A DNA stretch of 63,188 bases, counting the filler, from Octopus bimaculoides (Eukaryota): NCBI RefSeq assembly GCF_001194135.2. It is 8 parts of 7 records of this genome, joined end to end, with 100 filler letters (N's around TTAATTAATTAA, not from the genome) between each part and the next. Parts side by side here need not be neighbours in the genome. Positions count along the whole stretch, not along the records: positions 19,243 to 27,264 come from NC_068995.1; positions 27,365 to 35,877 come from NC_068995.1; positions 35,978 to 42,716 come from NC_068988.1; 5 more parts are not named here. One strand, 5' to 3'. Each line of letters starts with the position of its first letter. Positions within the stretch are counted from its first letter, which is position 1. Positions 24,751 to 38,616 of the stretch are shown here, in pieces. The notes under the pieces were generated by a model. The model was not told the origin of the DNA, did no database searches, and was given only the letters and a program-made list of their open reading frames with translations. Position numbers and translations under genes: made by a program.

Positions 24751-25209
24751 TATTTTCTATACTTACAGTCAGGGCTGCGTGCACGGCGCCGTCACCTGTA
24801 ATGTTCGTGAGCAACCTCTTTATGTTTAAACAAGTACACACGCTGAGAAGAGGCCTTTTGAACTGTAACAGAACTTACGTATTTTCTGTGATAAGTACCT
24901 CAGCACGAGACACTCCAAGTTTAATCTCTTCAGTCTTTTGCAAAGACAAGCAGAACTTCAGAGGACATAGAAACACTTAAATTCCTGTTTGCAACTATGG
25001 TAAAAATCAATCTGTTCTGTGATATATTTTAATAACTTCTAGCTGAACTGTTAAGGAAATAAGCAGCATGCTTGTTTGTATATTGATGAGGTCTAGAAGT
25101 ATGTTTGGTGTGTAGTAGACATATTCCAGACGTGCTCCAGGCATCACTTAGATTTAATATACTATTGCATTAGAAGTGTGGTAGATATGCAATAGCGAGG
25201 CAGTGCTAT

Positions 25210-25250
<41 letters not shown>

Positions 25251-25257
25251 GCACGCC

Positions 25258-25298
<41 letters not shown>

Positions 25299-25761
25299 NN
25301 NNNNNNNNNNNNNNNNNNNNNNNNNNNNNNNNNNNNNNNNNNNNNNNNNNNNNNNNNNNNNNNNNNNNNNNNNNNNNNNNNNNNNNNNNNNNNNNNNNNN
25401 NNNNNNNNNNNNNNNNNNNNNNNNNNNNNNNNNNNNNNNNNNNNNNNNNNNNNNNNNNNNNNNNNNNNNNNNNNNNNNNNNNNNNNNNNNNNNNNNNNNN
25501 NNNNNNNNNNNNNNNNNNNNNNNNNNNNNNNNNNNNNNNNNNNNNNNNNNNNNNNNNNNNNNNNNNNNNNNNNNNNNNNNNNNNNNNNNNNNNNNNNNNN
25601 NNNNNNNNNNNNNNNNNNNNNNATATTTATATATATATATATACACACACTCATATATATTTGTTATTCTTAAGCAAGAATATTATTGACAGTGACTTCG
25701 AAGTTTCGGTCACACACAGACACACACACGCACAGACACTCATATATTTGTTATTCTTAAT

Positions 25762-25960
25762 TTTTATTTATTTATGCGCCCTTTAAAAGCCTAGCCAGGC
25801 TCATGGGCCCGGGCGTATGTGTTCCCCTCAGCCGGACGGGACGCCAGTCCATTGCAGCTTTACTGAAGAAGGAGTGAGAGAAAGTTGGGGCGAAAGAGTA
25901 CAACAGGGGTTGCCACCACCCCCTGCCGGAGCCTCGTGGAGCTTTAGGTGATTTCACTCA
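25762..25960 (-). mobile_element. SINE family C fragment
   Basis: Shares gagtgagagaaagttg...ccctgccggagcctcgtggagctttaggtg with 41520-41773. Confidence 0.8.
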
Positions 25961-27027
25961 ATTAAATCTTTAGTAATTGGATGTGTCAACTTTTTTGTAA
26001 TGAAAATCTTAGGAGTTCACAAAAGAATGTAAGTAGGTGGCGTATGTTAGCTGGTCAGTATCTTTACCTGTTGACATTATTAATAGCATTTCTTGTTTTT
26101 ATTTGAAAGTTGAAGATTACTTTTAGTCGTATAGAAAATTATTTATCTTGTGCTTTTATGATCGCAAAAGGATGTAAGTAGGTGTAGACGTTGTTGGTCT
26201 GTATGTTTGTCTCTAGTTATTTATTGTTCTATAAGCAATTTAATAAGTATGCAGAAATGTTAACTCTTGTGTTTTAAGAAGGCAGAATTTTGGGGTTATG
26301 TGTCTATAAATATTTCTTCAATTCTGTTTCAAGCGTGCGTGTCTTATAAAATGATATTTTAGGCCTCTCGATATTGCCAAAATATGGACATGATAAAGGA
26401 TGTGTATATATTTATGTATAAAAAGCACAAGATAAACAATTTCTTAAATTGTACATCTTATACGCTGTTGCGTTTCTTCATAGGAGGATAAGTGTTCCTT
26501 CCATACTACAGTGTGATCATAACATACTTGATTCATTAGCGTAAAGGGACCTTGTGAAACCTGTAGTCTCGACGTCAGCGTGTATCCTCAATCAAAGGAA
26601 CTACGAACTATTGCATCTAACAAGGGTTTGAAGCACTTGTTCATAACCATAACAAGCAAGTTATCTGCTGATGCGTGTTGATATCTACTAACCCTTAATA
26701 AATCGTCATGTGCACATTGGAGTGCCAGAATCGAGATGATGGCAGATATTCATTCGTAATACGTTCCGGCTGATTAGAAAGTGAATATAATAACCGCTAG
26801 TATATTTTATCTTTGGAGAACAGACAATTTCAGACAAATGTGTGCTCATTACAGACTCGATTCATTAGCGGAAGGGGACTCTGGAAAGATCTTGGGTTTT
26901 GATATCATAGTGCTATTTCAGCGGATGTTCTAACGCCACTGCGATTTGGCCTCTTCATTCATTCATTCATTCCTTCATTCATTCATTCATACACTCACAC
27001 ACACCACACGCATGAACGCACGCGCTC

Positions 27028-27069
<42 letters not shown>

Positions 27070-27718
27070 TTATATGTACGTGTATATATATATATATATA
27101 TATATCTGGATTTTTTCGAAGGGAGGGCCCGAAGTCAGAAGGGAATACAATTCCGGGAGAGAAGGGCGTAATAACATTATTTAGAAGGGCGCACTTCTTT
27201 TCTTCAGGCCCTCTTCCTTGGGCCCACCCCTGTATATATATATATATAATACAGAACGGAGTTTNNNNNNNNNNNNNNNNNNNNNNNNNNNNNNNNNNNN
27301 NNNNNNNNTTAATTAATTAANNNNNNNNNNNNNNNNNNNNNNNNNNNNNNNNNNNNNNNNNNNNTATGTCAGGGAAGGAAAAAATGTTGAAAGTATATGT
27401 GACAAGAAGGACTTCATCATCATAAAGCCGGCCCACCCATTGCGGGTTGTCCTGCAGGCAGCAGCAATCTTGCTTGGGGGCCCGGATGTGGAGGACTATG
27501 GACTTGATTTAATTTGATTTTGTTGATGATCTTTATTGAACAAGGTTTATGAGGGGTTGTCGGTCGGCGGGCGCCGGTGCCTCTCCCATTTTTTTACTCA
27601 TCTTTTTGTATTCATTTCATTCATTAATGTCCGTGTCCAGCTCGCAGCTTCTTTATGTTTGTTTATCTTTGTTTGTCCCTTCTATGTAATGCCTTTATGG
27701 CAAAATTTATGAAATAAA

Positions 27719-28050
27719 GAAGCTTGCTTCCCAATCACATGGATCCGGGCTCAGTCACACTAAGCGGCACCTAGGGCAAGTGGCATCTACTATAGTCTTG
27801 AGCCGACCAAAGTCATGTGAGTGGATGTGGTAGACAGAAACTGAAAGAAGCCCGTCGTATATATATATGAGGGGGGATGTCTGTGTTTGTGTATTTGTAT
27901 GTCTGTGTTTGTCCCTCCACCATCGCATATGTACTAGGCTTACAAAGAATAAGTTCTGGAGTTCTGGGGTCGATTTGTTCGACTAAAGGCGGTGCTCCAG
28001 CATGGCCGCAGTCAAAATGACTGAAACAAGTAAAAAAGAAACAAAAAGAA
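27719..28050 (+). mobile_element. SINE family A (internally deleted)
   Basis: Head, CORE-like body and tail all recognisable. Confidence 0.85.
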
Positions 28051-28551
28051 CAAAGAGAATATTCGCTTGTGTTTGTGTGTGTGTGTGTGGGTGTGTGTTT
28101 GTGTGTCTGCGTCTGTGCGCGTGGGTCGGTTTGTGTGAAGTATGTGTATGTGTATAGTTGTGTGTACGGTGTGTGTGTGTGTGGTGTGTAATGTGTGTAT
28201 GAGAGAGAGAGGGGGAGAAAAAAAGAGTTAGCTTTTTTTATGTCTCTTGGGTATGTCTGACTGCGGGGCATGCTGAAATTCAGCAGTGCAGTAATAGTAG
28301 CAACAGCAGCGCAGGCAGACACAGATACGTTTGTGTGCATATTAAATGACCCCTAAAAAATCCTTATCGGGTTTACAGCAACTGCAGTCGACAGAAGAAT
28401 TAGTATTCTGATAACAGGGAGCAAAGAGAATACCATAGAATGTTGCAGATGCTCTTTCTACCCGTTACTGTCGGGTATCTACCCTATATATGTGAACCGT
28501 ATCAAATTCGGGTGTGCCGGTTTGTTTATTGCACCCAGCTATTTTTGTATA

Positions 28552-28604
<53 letters not shown>

Positions 28605-29713
28605 GTGAGTGATAGTTATAAGAGTCACAAATCTCCCCAGAGTACATCTCAACTCGTGGGACAGAAGCCGAACTTACTGAAAACCCTCGATGAATAATTA
28701 TAAATTTACTCGAGGCTATGTGTGCATATATATATACACACACGCACACGCACACACACATACACACACACACAGACGATACAAAAAATGGACAGGAAAA
28801 AACAAGGACGGGTCATTCAGAGTTTTCTATCTTCAGTCGAGTTCCAGATTTTCTCGGCAGTTTCGGCCGGTTACCCTCGAGACGGCTCCAATCTGGCCGG
28901 CCCCAAGAAAATCTATAAATATATCATCGTATACATACATACATACATAATACATATGTCTCTTGGGTATGTCTGACTGCGGGGCATGCTGAAATTCTGT
29001 CTCTTTTGAATATGAAAATTTAAAAGTTTANNNNNNNNNNNNNNNNNNNNNNNNNNNNNNNNNNNNNNNNNNNNNNNNNNNNNNNNNNNNNNNNNNNNNN
29101 NNNNNNNNNNNNNNNNNNNNNNNNNNNNNNNNNNNNNNNNNNNNNNNNNNNNNNNNNNNNNNNNNNNNNNNNNNNNNNNNNNNNNNNNNNNNNNNNNNNN
29201 NNNNNNNNNNNNNNNNNNNNNNNNNNNNNNNNNNNNNNNNNNNNNNNNNNNNNNNNNNNNNNNNNNNNNNNNNNNNNNNNNNNNNNNNNNNNNNNNNNNN
29301 NNNNNNNNNNNNNNNNNNNNNNNNNNNNNNNNNNNNNNNNNNNNNNNNNNNNNNNNNNNNNNNNNNNNNNNNNNNNNNNNNNNNNNNNNNNNNNNNNNNN
29401 NNNNNNNNNNNNNNNNNNNNNNNNNNNNNNNNNNNNNNNNNNNNNNNNNNNNNNNNNNNNNNNNNNNNNNNNNNNNNNNNNNNNNNNNNNNNNNNNNNNN
29501 NNNNNNNNNNNNNNNNNNNNNNNNNNNNNNNNNNNNNNNNNNNNNNNNNNNNNNNNNNNNNNNNNNNNNNNNNNNNNNNNNNNNNNNNNNNNNNNNNNNN
29601 NNNNNNNNNNNNNNNNNNNNNNNNNNNNNNNNNNNNNNNNNNNNNNNNNNNNNNNNNNNNNNNNNNNNNNNNNNNNNNNNNNNNNNNNNNNNNNNNNNNN
29701 NNNNNNNNNNNNN

Positions 29714-29747
<34 letters not shown>

Positions 29748-30232
29748 CACTTTCACGTTTATTCCGTTCGTTCCACTCTTTGTTCTTTCGTACCCCCTCT
29801 CTCACATTTCATTGCCTTCTCTTCATGCTCACTTTCCCTCCTCTTTTCACTTCACTGTCTCCCTGTCATTTTTCTCGCCCCTCCTTAATTCTTCTATCCT
29901 CTGCCTCTACCTTTCTCTCTTCTCTCCCCACATGACCGGCGTTCGGCCAAGCCTGACCTTTCTTTCTTGTTTCGGCCGCTGTCCGTGCAACATCTATATT
30001 CTTCCCTGTACCTGTGAAATCTTGTAACTCTGCCGTAAAGCTTTATTTCCACACACGCCAGCTTAATTTAATTCGTCCTTCGTCGAAAGACACCTGTTGT
30101 TATGTCCTGTTATTTGTATTTGTGTAACCTTCTCCGTTTTTTTTAGGCCTTGTTTTCATATACATTCGCTGCTTTCTTCCAAGGAATCTAATGATCTTAG
30201 CTTAGTTTTTCCTTGGGGATGGCCATTGGCTA

Positions 30233-30480
30233 TATATAAGGATTCCTTCCAGGGGCGAATAGGGGATTTCCCTTGGTTTTTAAAATAAAATATATTAGAC
30301 AAATATAAGGATCCCTTCCAGTTGTCCTATTATCAACTTTCTCAACAATCTGAGTATGCCATGAGGTTTCCAGACATGAGTTCTACTCGCGTGTCAAGTT
30401 TCATCAAAATCGATAAAACATTGTAGGAGGAGTTAGCTAACAACTCCACAAACAGAATTTCCAACATATGTACTAGATAC
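30233..30480 (+). mobile_element. Dispersed repeat, Helentron/DINE-like non-autonomous element
   Basis: Second copy at 62697-62920. The aagtttcatcaaaatcga...ggaggagttag..aaac motif resembles Helentron-associated elements; the family assignment is inference. Confidence 0.5.
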
Positions 30481-30550
30481 ATATATACATAGGCATATAG
30501 ATATACATATATATATATACACATATATACACATATATATACATATATAC

Positions 30551-30591
<41 letters not shown>

Positions 30592-31544
30592 NNNNNNNNN
30601 NNNNNNNNNNNNNNNNNNNNNNNNNNNNNNNNNNNNNNNNNNNNNNNNNNNNNNNNNNNNNNNNNNNNNNNNNNNNNNNNNNNNNNNNNNNNNNNNNNNN
30701 NNNNNNNNNNNNNNNNNNNNNNNNNNNNNNNNNNNNNNNNNNNNNNNNNNNNNNNNNNNNNNNNNNNNNNNNNNNNNNNNNNNNNNNNNNNNNNNNNNNN
30801 NNNNNNNNNNNNNNNNNNNNNNNNNNNNNNNNNNNNNNNNNNNNNNNNNNNNNNNNNNNNNNNNNNNNNNNNNNNNNNNNNNNNNNNNNNNNNNNNNNNN
30901 NNNNNNNNNNNNNNNNNNNNNNNNNNNNNNNNNNNNNNNNNNNNNNNNNNNNNNNNNNNNNNNNNNNNNNNNNNNNNNNNNNNNNNNNNNNNNNNTATAT
31001 ATATATATATATATACATTTATATATATAAATCCATGTTCGTGTGTATATATATATATGTTTATATATATATATATATATGTGTGTGTATGTGTGTGTGT
31101 ATTTACATAGAGAGACAGATAGAAGAGAGAGAGAGATGTGTATACATATATACACATACATATACGCACATACATAATGTGTGTTTGGGGCTGTGTGTGG
31201 GCGTGTGAGTGAGTGAGTGTATGTGTTTGTGTGTATGTGTGTGTATTTGTGTTTCTTTAGGACTAAAGTTTTTACCTCACGTAATCCAAACCGGTCACTA
31301 CCAATTTATGTACACGTATGTCTGCCTATCTATCTATCTATCTATCTATTTATCTATCTATCTCTATGAATAAATAAATAAATAAATAAATAAATACATA
31401 AATAGATAAATATATGTACGTGTGAGTCTATGAGTGTGTAAGAGAGAAAGAAAGGGAGACCCATTTGATATATTTTATCTGTAACATTACCCATACGCGT
31501 TATCTAGCTAAATGAGTGTGTCAGTGTGTGCAAATGTGTGTCTG

Positions 31545-31584
<40 letters not shown>

Positions 31585-32065
31585 GCCTGTATGCTTACAT
31601 GTGTGTGTTTGCCTGTATGCCTACATGAGTTGAAAATAACAAATATACATCCGTGAGTAAGTTCTAGTATTTTTAGGTGTGTATCTATGTGTACGTACGG
31701 GTTGTTCGTGCGTTGTTCATGAAATACCAATATGTTTTTGCTTTGGTGCCTGTAATAAGTTGCTTGTTGTGGAGTTTTCGGTGTAAGTGGCTTGACGAGA
31801 GAATCGGTGTAAATCATTACCTCACATTTAGTTTTTGCCTATGTGTGTGACAAGACTACTGCACAATTGTACCACCTTGTCTTACGTATATATATACTTA
31901 TTTATGAGGCTGTGAGTATATAGGGGATGAATAGACTGTACAGAAAACAAAAGACGAAAACAGGTGAGGGAGCAACAAGCATGTATATTAGTTTAACGCT
32001 CAGGAAAAAAAGGAAAAGGCTTTGACGTTTCAAGCCAAGGCTCTTAGATATAAATATCGAAAGAC

Positions 32066-32108
<43 letters not shown>

Positions 32109-32903
32109 NNNNNNNNNNNNNNNNNNNNNNNNNNNNNNNNNNNNNNNNNNNNNNNNNNNNNNNNNNNNNNNNNNNNNNNNNNNNNNNNNNNNNNNNNNNN
32201 NNNNNNNNNNNNNNNNNNNNNNNNNNNNNNNNNNNNNNNNNNNNNNNNNNNNNNNNNNNNNNNNNNNNNNNNNNNNNNNNNNNNNNNNNNNNNNNNNNNN
32301 NNNNNNNNNNNNNNNNNNNNNNNNNNNNNNNNNNNNNNNNNNNNNNNNNNNNNNNNNNNNNNNNNNNNNNNNNNNNNNNNNNNNNNNNNNNNNNNNNNNN
32401 NNNNNNNNNNNNNNNNNNTACAAACAAAAAACAACAAAACAAAAGACGAAGGCGGGAAAATCTGATATTGTTTCAGTCTGATCCAGCTGGTTTCCTTGAA
32501 CGTTTCCTAGCATAGGATTAGTGTTGGCTTCATGACTGAATGCCAAAAGAAGGTAACTCCTCATCAGTTGTCGACTGTTTTACTACTCTCTATTTTGTGC
32601 TTTTTACGACAAGATAGGAAAACTTCATAAGACAGCAGCATCCAGAAATTTGAAAATATAAAAATCGTGATGAGTTAGAGCTTCAAACGAACAAACAACG
32701 ATAGAGTGGACGTACGGAGTAAACAATCGACAAAGACGAACATTAAGGGCCGGTAGGCCAAGACGCATTGTAATGGGTAACGCCTTGGAGAACAAACGAA
32801 TGCGTGTGCGTTTATATGTGCGTAGGAATGTAGCTATATATGAATATGTTTATGTATATGTATATGTATGTGTGTGTATATGAGTTATATATTTGTGTAT
32901 ATT

Positions 32904-32945
<42 letters not shown>

Positions 32946-33466
32946 AAGCTATCCTAGTCGCAATTAAGCTTCATTTAATCAAGATAAATATCAAAGATAA
33001 GAACTCATAGCATTACACCACACACACACTCACCTACACACACNNNNNNNNNNNNNNNNNNNNNNNNNNNNNNNNNNNNNNNNNNNNNNNNNNNNNNNNN
33101 NNNNNNNNNNNNNNNNNNNNNNNNNNNNNNNNNNNNNNNNNNNNNNNNNNNNNNNNNNNNNNNNNNNNNNNNNNNNNNNNNNNNNNNNNNNNNNNNNNNN
33201 NNNNNNNNNNNNNNNNNNNNNNNNNNNNNNNNNNNNNNNNNNNNNNNNNNNNNNNNNNNNNNNNNNNNNNNNNNNNNNNNNNNNNNNNNNNNNNNNNNNN
33301 NNNNNNNNNNNNNNNNNNNNNNNNNNNNNNNNNNNNNNNNNNNNNNNNNNNNNNNNNNNNNNNNNNNNNNNNNNNNNNNNNNNNNNNNNNNNNNNNNNNN
33401 NNNNNNNNNNNNNNNNNNNNNNNNNNNNNNNNNNNNNNNNNNNNNNNNNNNNNNNNNNNNNNNNNN

Positions 33467-33500
<34 letters not shown>

Positions 33501-33695
33501 TATACATGTGTATACATATGTACATACATGTACATATATATATATACACATGTGTGTGTATATATATACACAAACACTTATGTACATATGTACATATACA
33601 TATGCAAGTATGTGTGTGTGTATGTATGTATATATATGTATATATATAGACATATGTGCAATATAAATATATGTACACACCCTGCACGCAGTTAC

Positions 33696-33729
<34 letters not shown>

Positions 33730-34594
33730 GGATGAACTGACAGACGGACGGACGGACGGGTGGATGGATAGTAGCCAGACCTATAGATAAATAATAGACA
33801 GACAGACAGACAGACAGACATTAATCAGAAAGAGTGGGTGAGTAGAATGAGAGACACGGAATCGAGCAGGGAGATAGGAAGAGAGAAAGAGAAAAGAAAC
33901 AAACAAACAAACAAAAAACAAAAAAAAGGAAAGAATGAAGGACAGAAAGAAACAAAGGAAGGAAGGAAGAAAGAAAATGAACTTATTGTAATAGTTTGTT
34001 ATTAAAAGATGATTAGGTAACGAGACGGAGTGGGGAAAAGAAGACGAAGAAAAGAGAGAAGAAATAGAGATAATGATAGAGAGAGAAATAATTTAAAAAA
34101 ACAACGGAGAGATTGAAAGAATAAAAGAAAGGCTTACGAACTCCTTCCCACAGTCATTTAGGCCTAAGAGTTGCATAATCTTTATACTCACCGCCCAATG
34201 CGTAATTAAAAATTCACGCACTGACGTACATGCGCACATACACAAACGTACAGAGAGTATATATCACGTTCCTACACATTCATAAAACAGGGGTGAAGGT
34301 TAATGGAGCTGATAAAAAGTTCTCGTTGTATTGTACTGTCTAACATGGTTTCGAAATGTTACCACGAAGAAGAGATCGGTTAGAAAAAAAAATATATACA
34401 TTTAAAGTAGTGGGTCAGAAGTGATAAATGAAATATCCTAATTATGAAAGTAAATATAAAAATAAAAGATTATATATCGCTCTTGCGATGTATGAATTGT
34501 GTTTGAGAACTTCTTGGTAGGGTGGGAAATTAGGATAAAATGTCAGAGAGAGAGAGAGACAGACAGACAGGGAGAGACTAAAAGAGATAGATAA

Positions 34595-34649
<55 letters not shown>

Positions 34650-34905
34650 CACACACACACATTCATATATATANNNNNNNNNNNNNNNNNNNNNNNNNNN
34701 NNNNNNNNNNNNNNNNNNNNNNNNNNNNNNNNNNNNNNNNNNNNNNNNNNNNNNNNNNNNNNNNNNNNNNNNNNNNNNNNNNNNNNNNNNNNNNNNNNNN
34801 NNNNNNNNNNNNNNNNNNNNNNNNNNNNNNNNNNNNNNNNNNNNNNNNNNNNNNNNNNNNNNNNNNNNNNNNNNNNNNNNNNNNNNNNNNNNNNNNNNNN
34901 NNNNN

Positions 34906-34946
<41 letters not shown>

Positions 34947-35770
34947 GTATATATGTATTTATATGTATGTATGTATGTATGTATGTATACATACATGCAA
35001 ATATATATATATATATATGTATGTATGCATGTATGCATGTATAAACCATCTATATGACCATTTTAGAAAGTTTATACTTACTACGGAGAATTGTATGCTC
35101 TTGACGTCATAATTCATAAACTTTCGAGAAGACATGGAATAATTTTGGAGAAACAGTGGATCTCGAAGCAGTTTAGGCTACAAAAAATAGTGTGTAAATA
35201 TTGGATTGGGAAAACCTTTTGGATAGAAAACTTCAAAGTATTATTAGAAAAAGAAAACATTTTGGAGCAAATGTGACGAAATTTCAACTTCAGTTAGCGC
35301 CTTTGTAGCAACAATCTTACAAATGGTAAAATGCTAAGGAATTCGGGTAGGATGCTGTCTATCCATTAATATACAGTCTTGTACCATTTTCATTAAAATT
35401 TTAAGAATGTTGCTTCAATGAATAGTGAGAATTTACAAAAAAAAAACAAACGACGAAGACGAGGGTGTAGATAACAAACAGATGTATTAGTTTAACGCTC
35501 TGGAAGTGAGAAAGTCTTTTACGTTTCGTGCCTACGCTCTTCGGCAGAAAGGAACACAGAAATAAACAGGGAAAGAAAATTAAAAAAAGGTTTAGTGGCT
35601 AACGATCTATCATGATATCGTTTTATAGACTTCATTAGAAAGAGGGAAACATGATTTTTATAAACACGCTTATTTATCAATACGTAATTCAATGGCGATA
35701 TATATTCGCATTAATAATGATAGACATATAAGACATATAAGAGTGTGTGTGTGTTTGTGTTTGTTTGAGT

Positions 35771-35804
<34 letters not shown>

Positions 35805-38136
35805 TTGTGTGTGCGTGCGTGCGCGTAAGAACGTATTAGAGACAGACAAATAGATCACTTGCATACACTTTCTATTTNNNNNNNNNNNNNNNNNNNNNNN
35901 NNNNNNNNNNNNNNNNNNNNNTTAATTAATTAANNNNNNNNNNNNNNNNNNNNNNNNNNNNNNNNNNNNNNNNNNNNTACCCTCCGGGTCCGTCTTTACT
36001 TGGAGATCCAGACTCTTAGAAAGCTTCAGGCTAGGAAGAGAGAGTACTACGTGAACGACAGTTCTGACCCCGGTGTTCAGGTGAAAGTTAGTGTTTCTCT
36101 TGGACTCCGCGTGTGTTGTGCTTAAAAACGTGTTTATATTCTTGAATGTGATAAATTAGATATTTATCCTGCTTCCAGTTTCAGTGTTGCTGCCAATTTT
36201 GAAAAATAGGGCACATCTCCCGCCACCTTATTTTGTGATTTAGGGGGGATTTATGAAAAACAAGGGGGAATTCGCAGTGGTGTTCAATGAACAAATTAAA
36301 CACACTACCCTACAGCGGCTAAAATGCGAACCGATCAAGTTTATGTATAAATTTTCTTTTTATATGTTTGTTTCCTTTTACACAATATTAAAACAACGGC
36401 TAAAAAATTTCTGAAGCAGCACCCCAACTAATTTTATCTACGAGCCGCCACTGCCTTTGATGTACACGTCTTAACTGTCATTGCACCTCCATGACCAGTG
36501 ATGTGTCTATTTCAACAGTGAACTGTTGTTCACAACTTCCACTCTGATAATGGTTTTCTGCGTTTAGTTTATCTGTTTAGCGTAAATTCACCCTTATCGA
36601 GCAGATCTGTAGCCAAAGTCGCTCTAGTAACACATTTCTCTTATATATCTAAGACTACATTTCCACTGTATCCTTCCTTTTTAAAATGGTAGGATGTGAT
36701 TCTGAAGGAAATTTGGACGCAATTTTTAAAAAATTGAGCGACAATATAGAGGATCCCTAGCTGGTTAGCTATTGTTGTTGTTCTTTAGCGCCAAATTGGC
36801 TTGGATTGAACAGATATATTATCAAACAAAATCCAGCTGTAACTATCCGCGTTTTGTTTCTCGGTAGAGTGTACCCTGTATCACATAATCCAATGCTGCA
36901 ATACGTCCTTTCATTTTGAGACGGTTGATGCAATTTGAGGGAGATTTGACTGCCATTGCTAGGAAGCCGAGCGACCACAGAGAATCTTCTCTTTCGGTGG
37001 CTCGCCATTTTCCTTGTTGGAACATTTGACTGCCGTTGCTATCTTTGAGACGTTAAAAGGTCACAATCACTTTTATGAAGATTACTCTTGTTTTCTCTTG
37101 TACTGATGGAGTCTGGAGAGTCTGATGTTAAATCCTTTTAAGAGTTTACACGTAATAGCTCAAATTGATTCGCCACGTTTTCTATCTACTAGCTTAATGT
37201 TAAGATTAGTTTTTTAAGAGACCTTCTTAACTTCGATATCGCTTTCGCATTTAAGACTCTCATTGATAATATTATATCACCGAAAGAGATAAACTTCATA
37301 CTTCTTCTTTACGCGTTCATATATGTGCAAGTGTGTGTATGTGTCTGTTTGAGAGTGTTTCTTACTCATAGATTTCATGGTTTTGCATAATGACTTAGCT
37401 ATGTCTGTATTTACGCTTACTATCTCCTATTTTTATCTAATATAAGTAATCTTTTACTGGCGCATATTGCGCAATTTATCGTCTGTATTTTGTATAAAAT
37501 TTATCATCAATGCAAGTTGTAGAATAGATATAAAAATGGAAGAGTGTGATAAAACGTGCAACATAGATAAATAATCATTCATTACATATCAAAAACCAGT
37601 AGTAGAGAAATATAAACACATATAAGAGAAATGCAAATCAAATTAAACGAAATGCATATCATCAATACAAAATGTTAAGTCAATGTTCTGGTTCAAATTA
37701 TGGAAATTTTATTAAGAAGGTAGGTGTTAGGTAGAGCCTAGTGGTGAAAACATTCCGACTATACATATAATCGTCATATCTAAATTTCATTAGACACGCT
37801 TAGGAAGGCAGAATTACCTTTGAATGTTAGATCGACGGTTAACACAGTGACGTGTGTTTGTATATATTTCTATGTGTGTATGTGTGCATGTGTATGTGTG
37901 TGTATGTGATTACATACGCGCGCACACACACACATATACACACACATATACATATATATTTCATTCTCTCTGTGTTTATTTTCTGTTATTCCTTTCTGTT
38001 AAAGAGCGTAGGCTCGAAATGTAAAAGACTTTTTCATTTTCCCGAGCGTCAAACTAATACACTTGCTTGTTGCTCATACACCAGCCTTCGTCTTTTGTTT
38101 TTCTATAAATTTCAACTATATATATATATATATATA

Positions 38137-38527
38137 TATCAATGAAAAATATTTCAATACAAATGTATTAATACAAATGTATCAATTTCCAGCAAAAAAT
38201 AGCCCTATAAGGGTATATATATAAATTCATAAGAGTAGTACAACAAGGTACCGATATTTACTGGACAATAGCAATCGATATAAATACGATATAAATAAGG
38301 TAAGACAAGTTTTCATGTTTTGTTGCACACACGCATTTTTGCCAGTATATACGCAGTGAAGCTATACAATAGCGTCGTGTTTATATCGATTGCTATTGTC
38401 CAGTAAATATCGGTACCTTGTTGTAGTACTCTTATGAATTTATATATATACCCTTATAGGGCTATTTTCTGCTGGAAATTGATACATTTGTATTAATACA
38501 TTTGTATTGAAATATTTTTCATTGATA
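38137..38527. mobile_element. Foldback/MITE-like element with 153-bp inverted arms and an 85-bp spacer
   Basis: 38137-38289 is the reverse complement of 38375-38527 with 3 mismatches by manual comparison; TA at both ends. Confidence 0.93.
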
Positions 38528-38616
38528 ACTTTTTCACTGTTCTCAGTTCCGTTAACGGCTGGGCGTTCGGGCGAGCATACTTGGCATTGATGTAGCAACA
38601 TTTGAAATGTTGTCTA

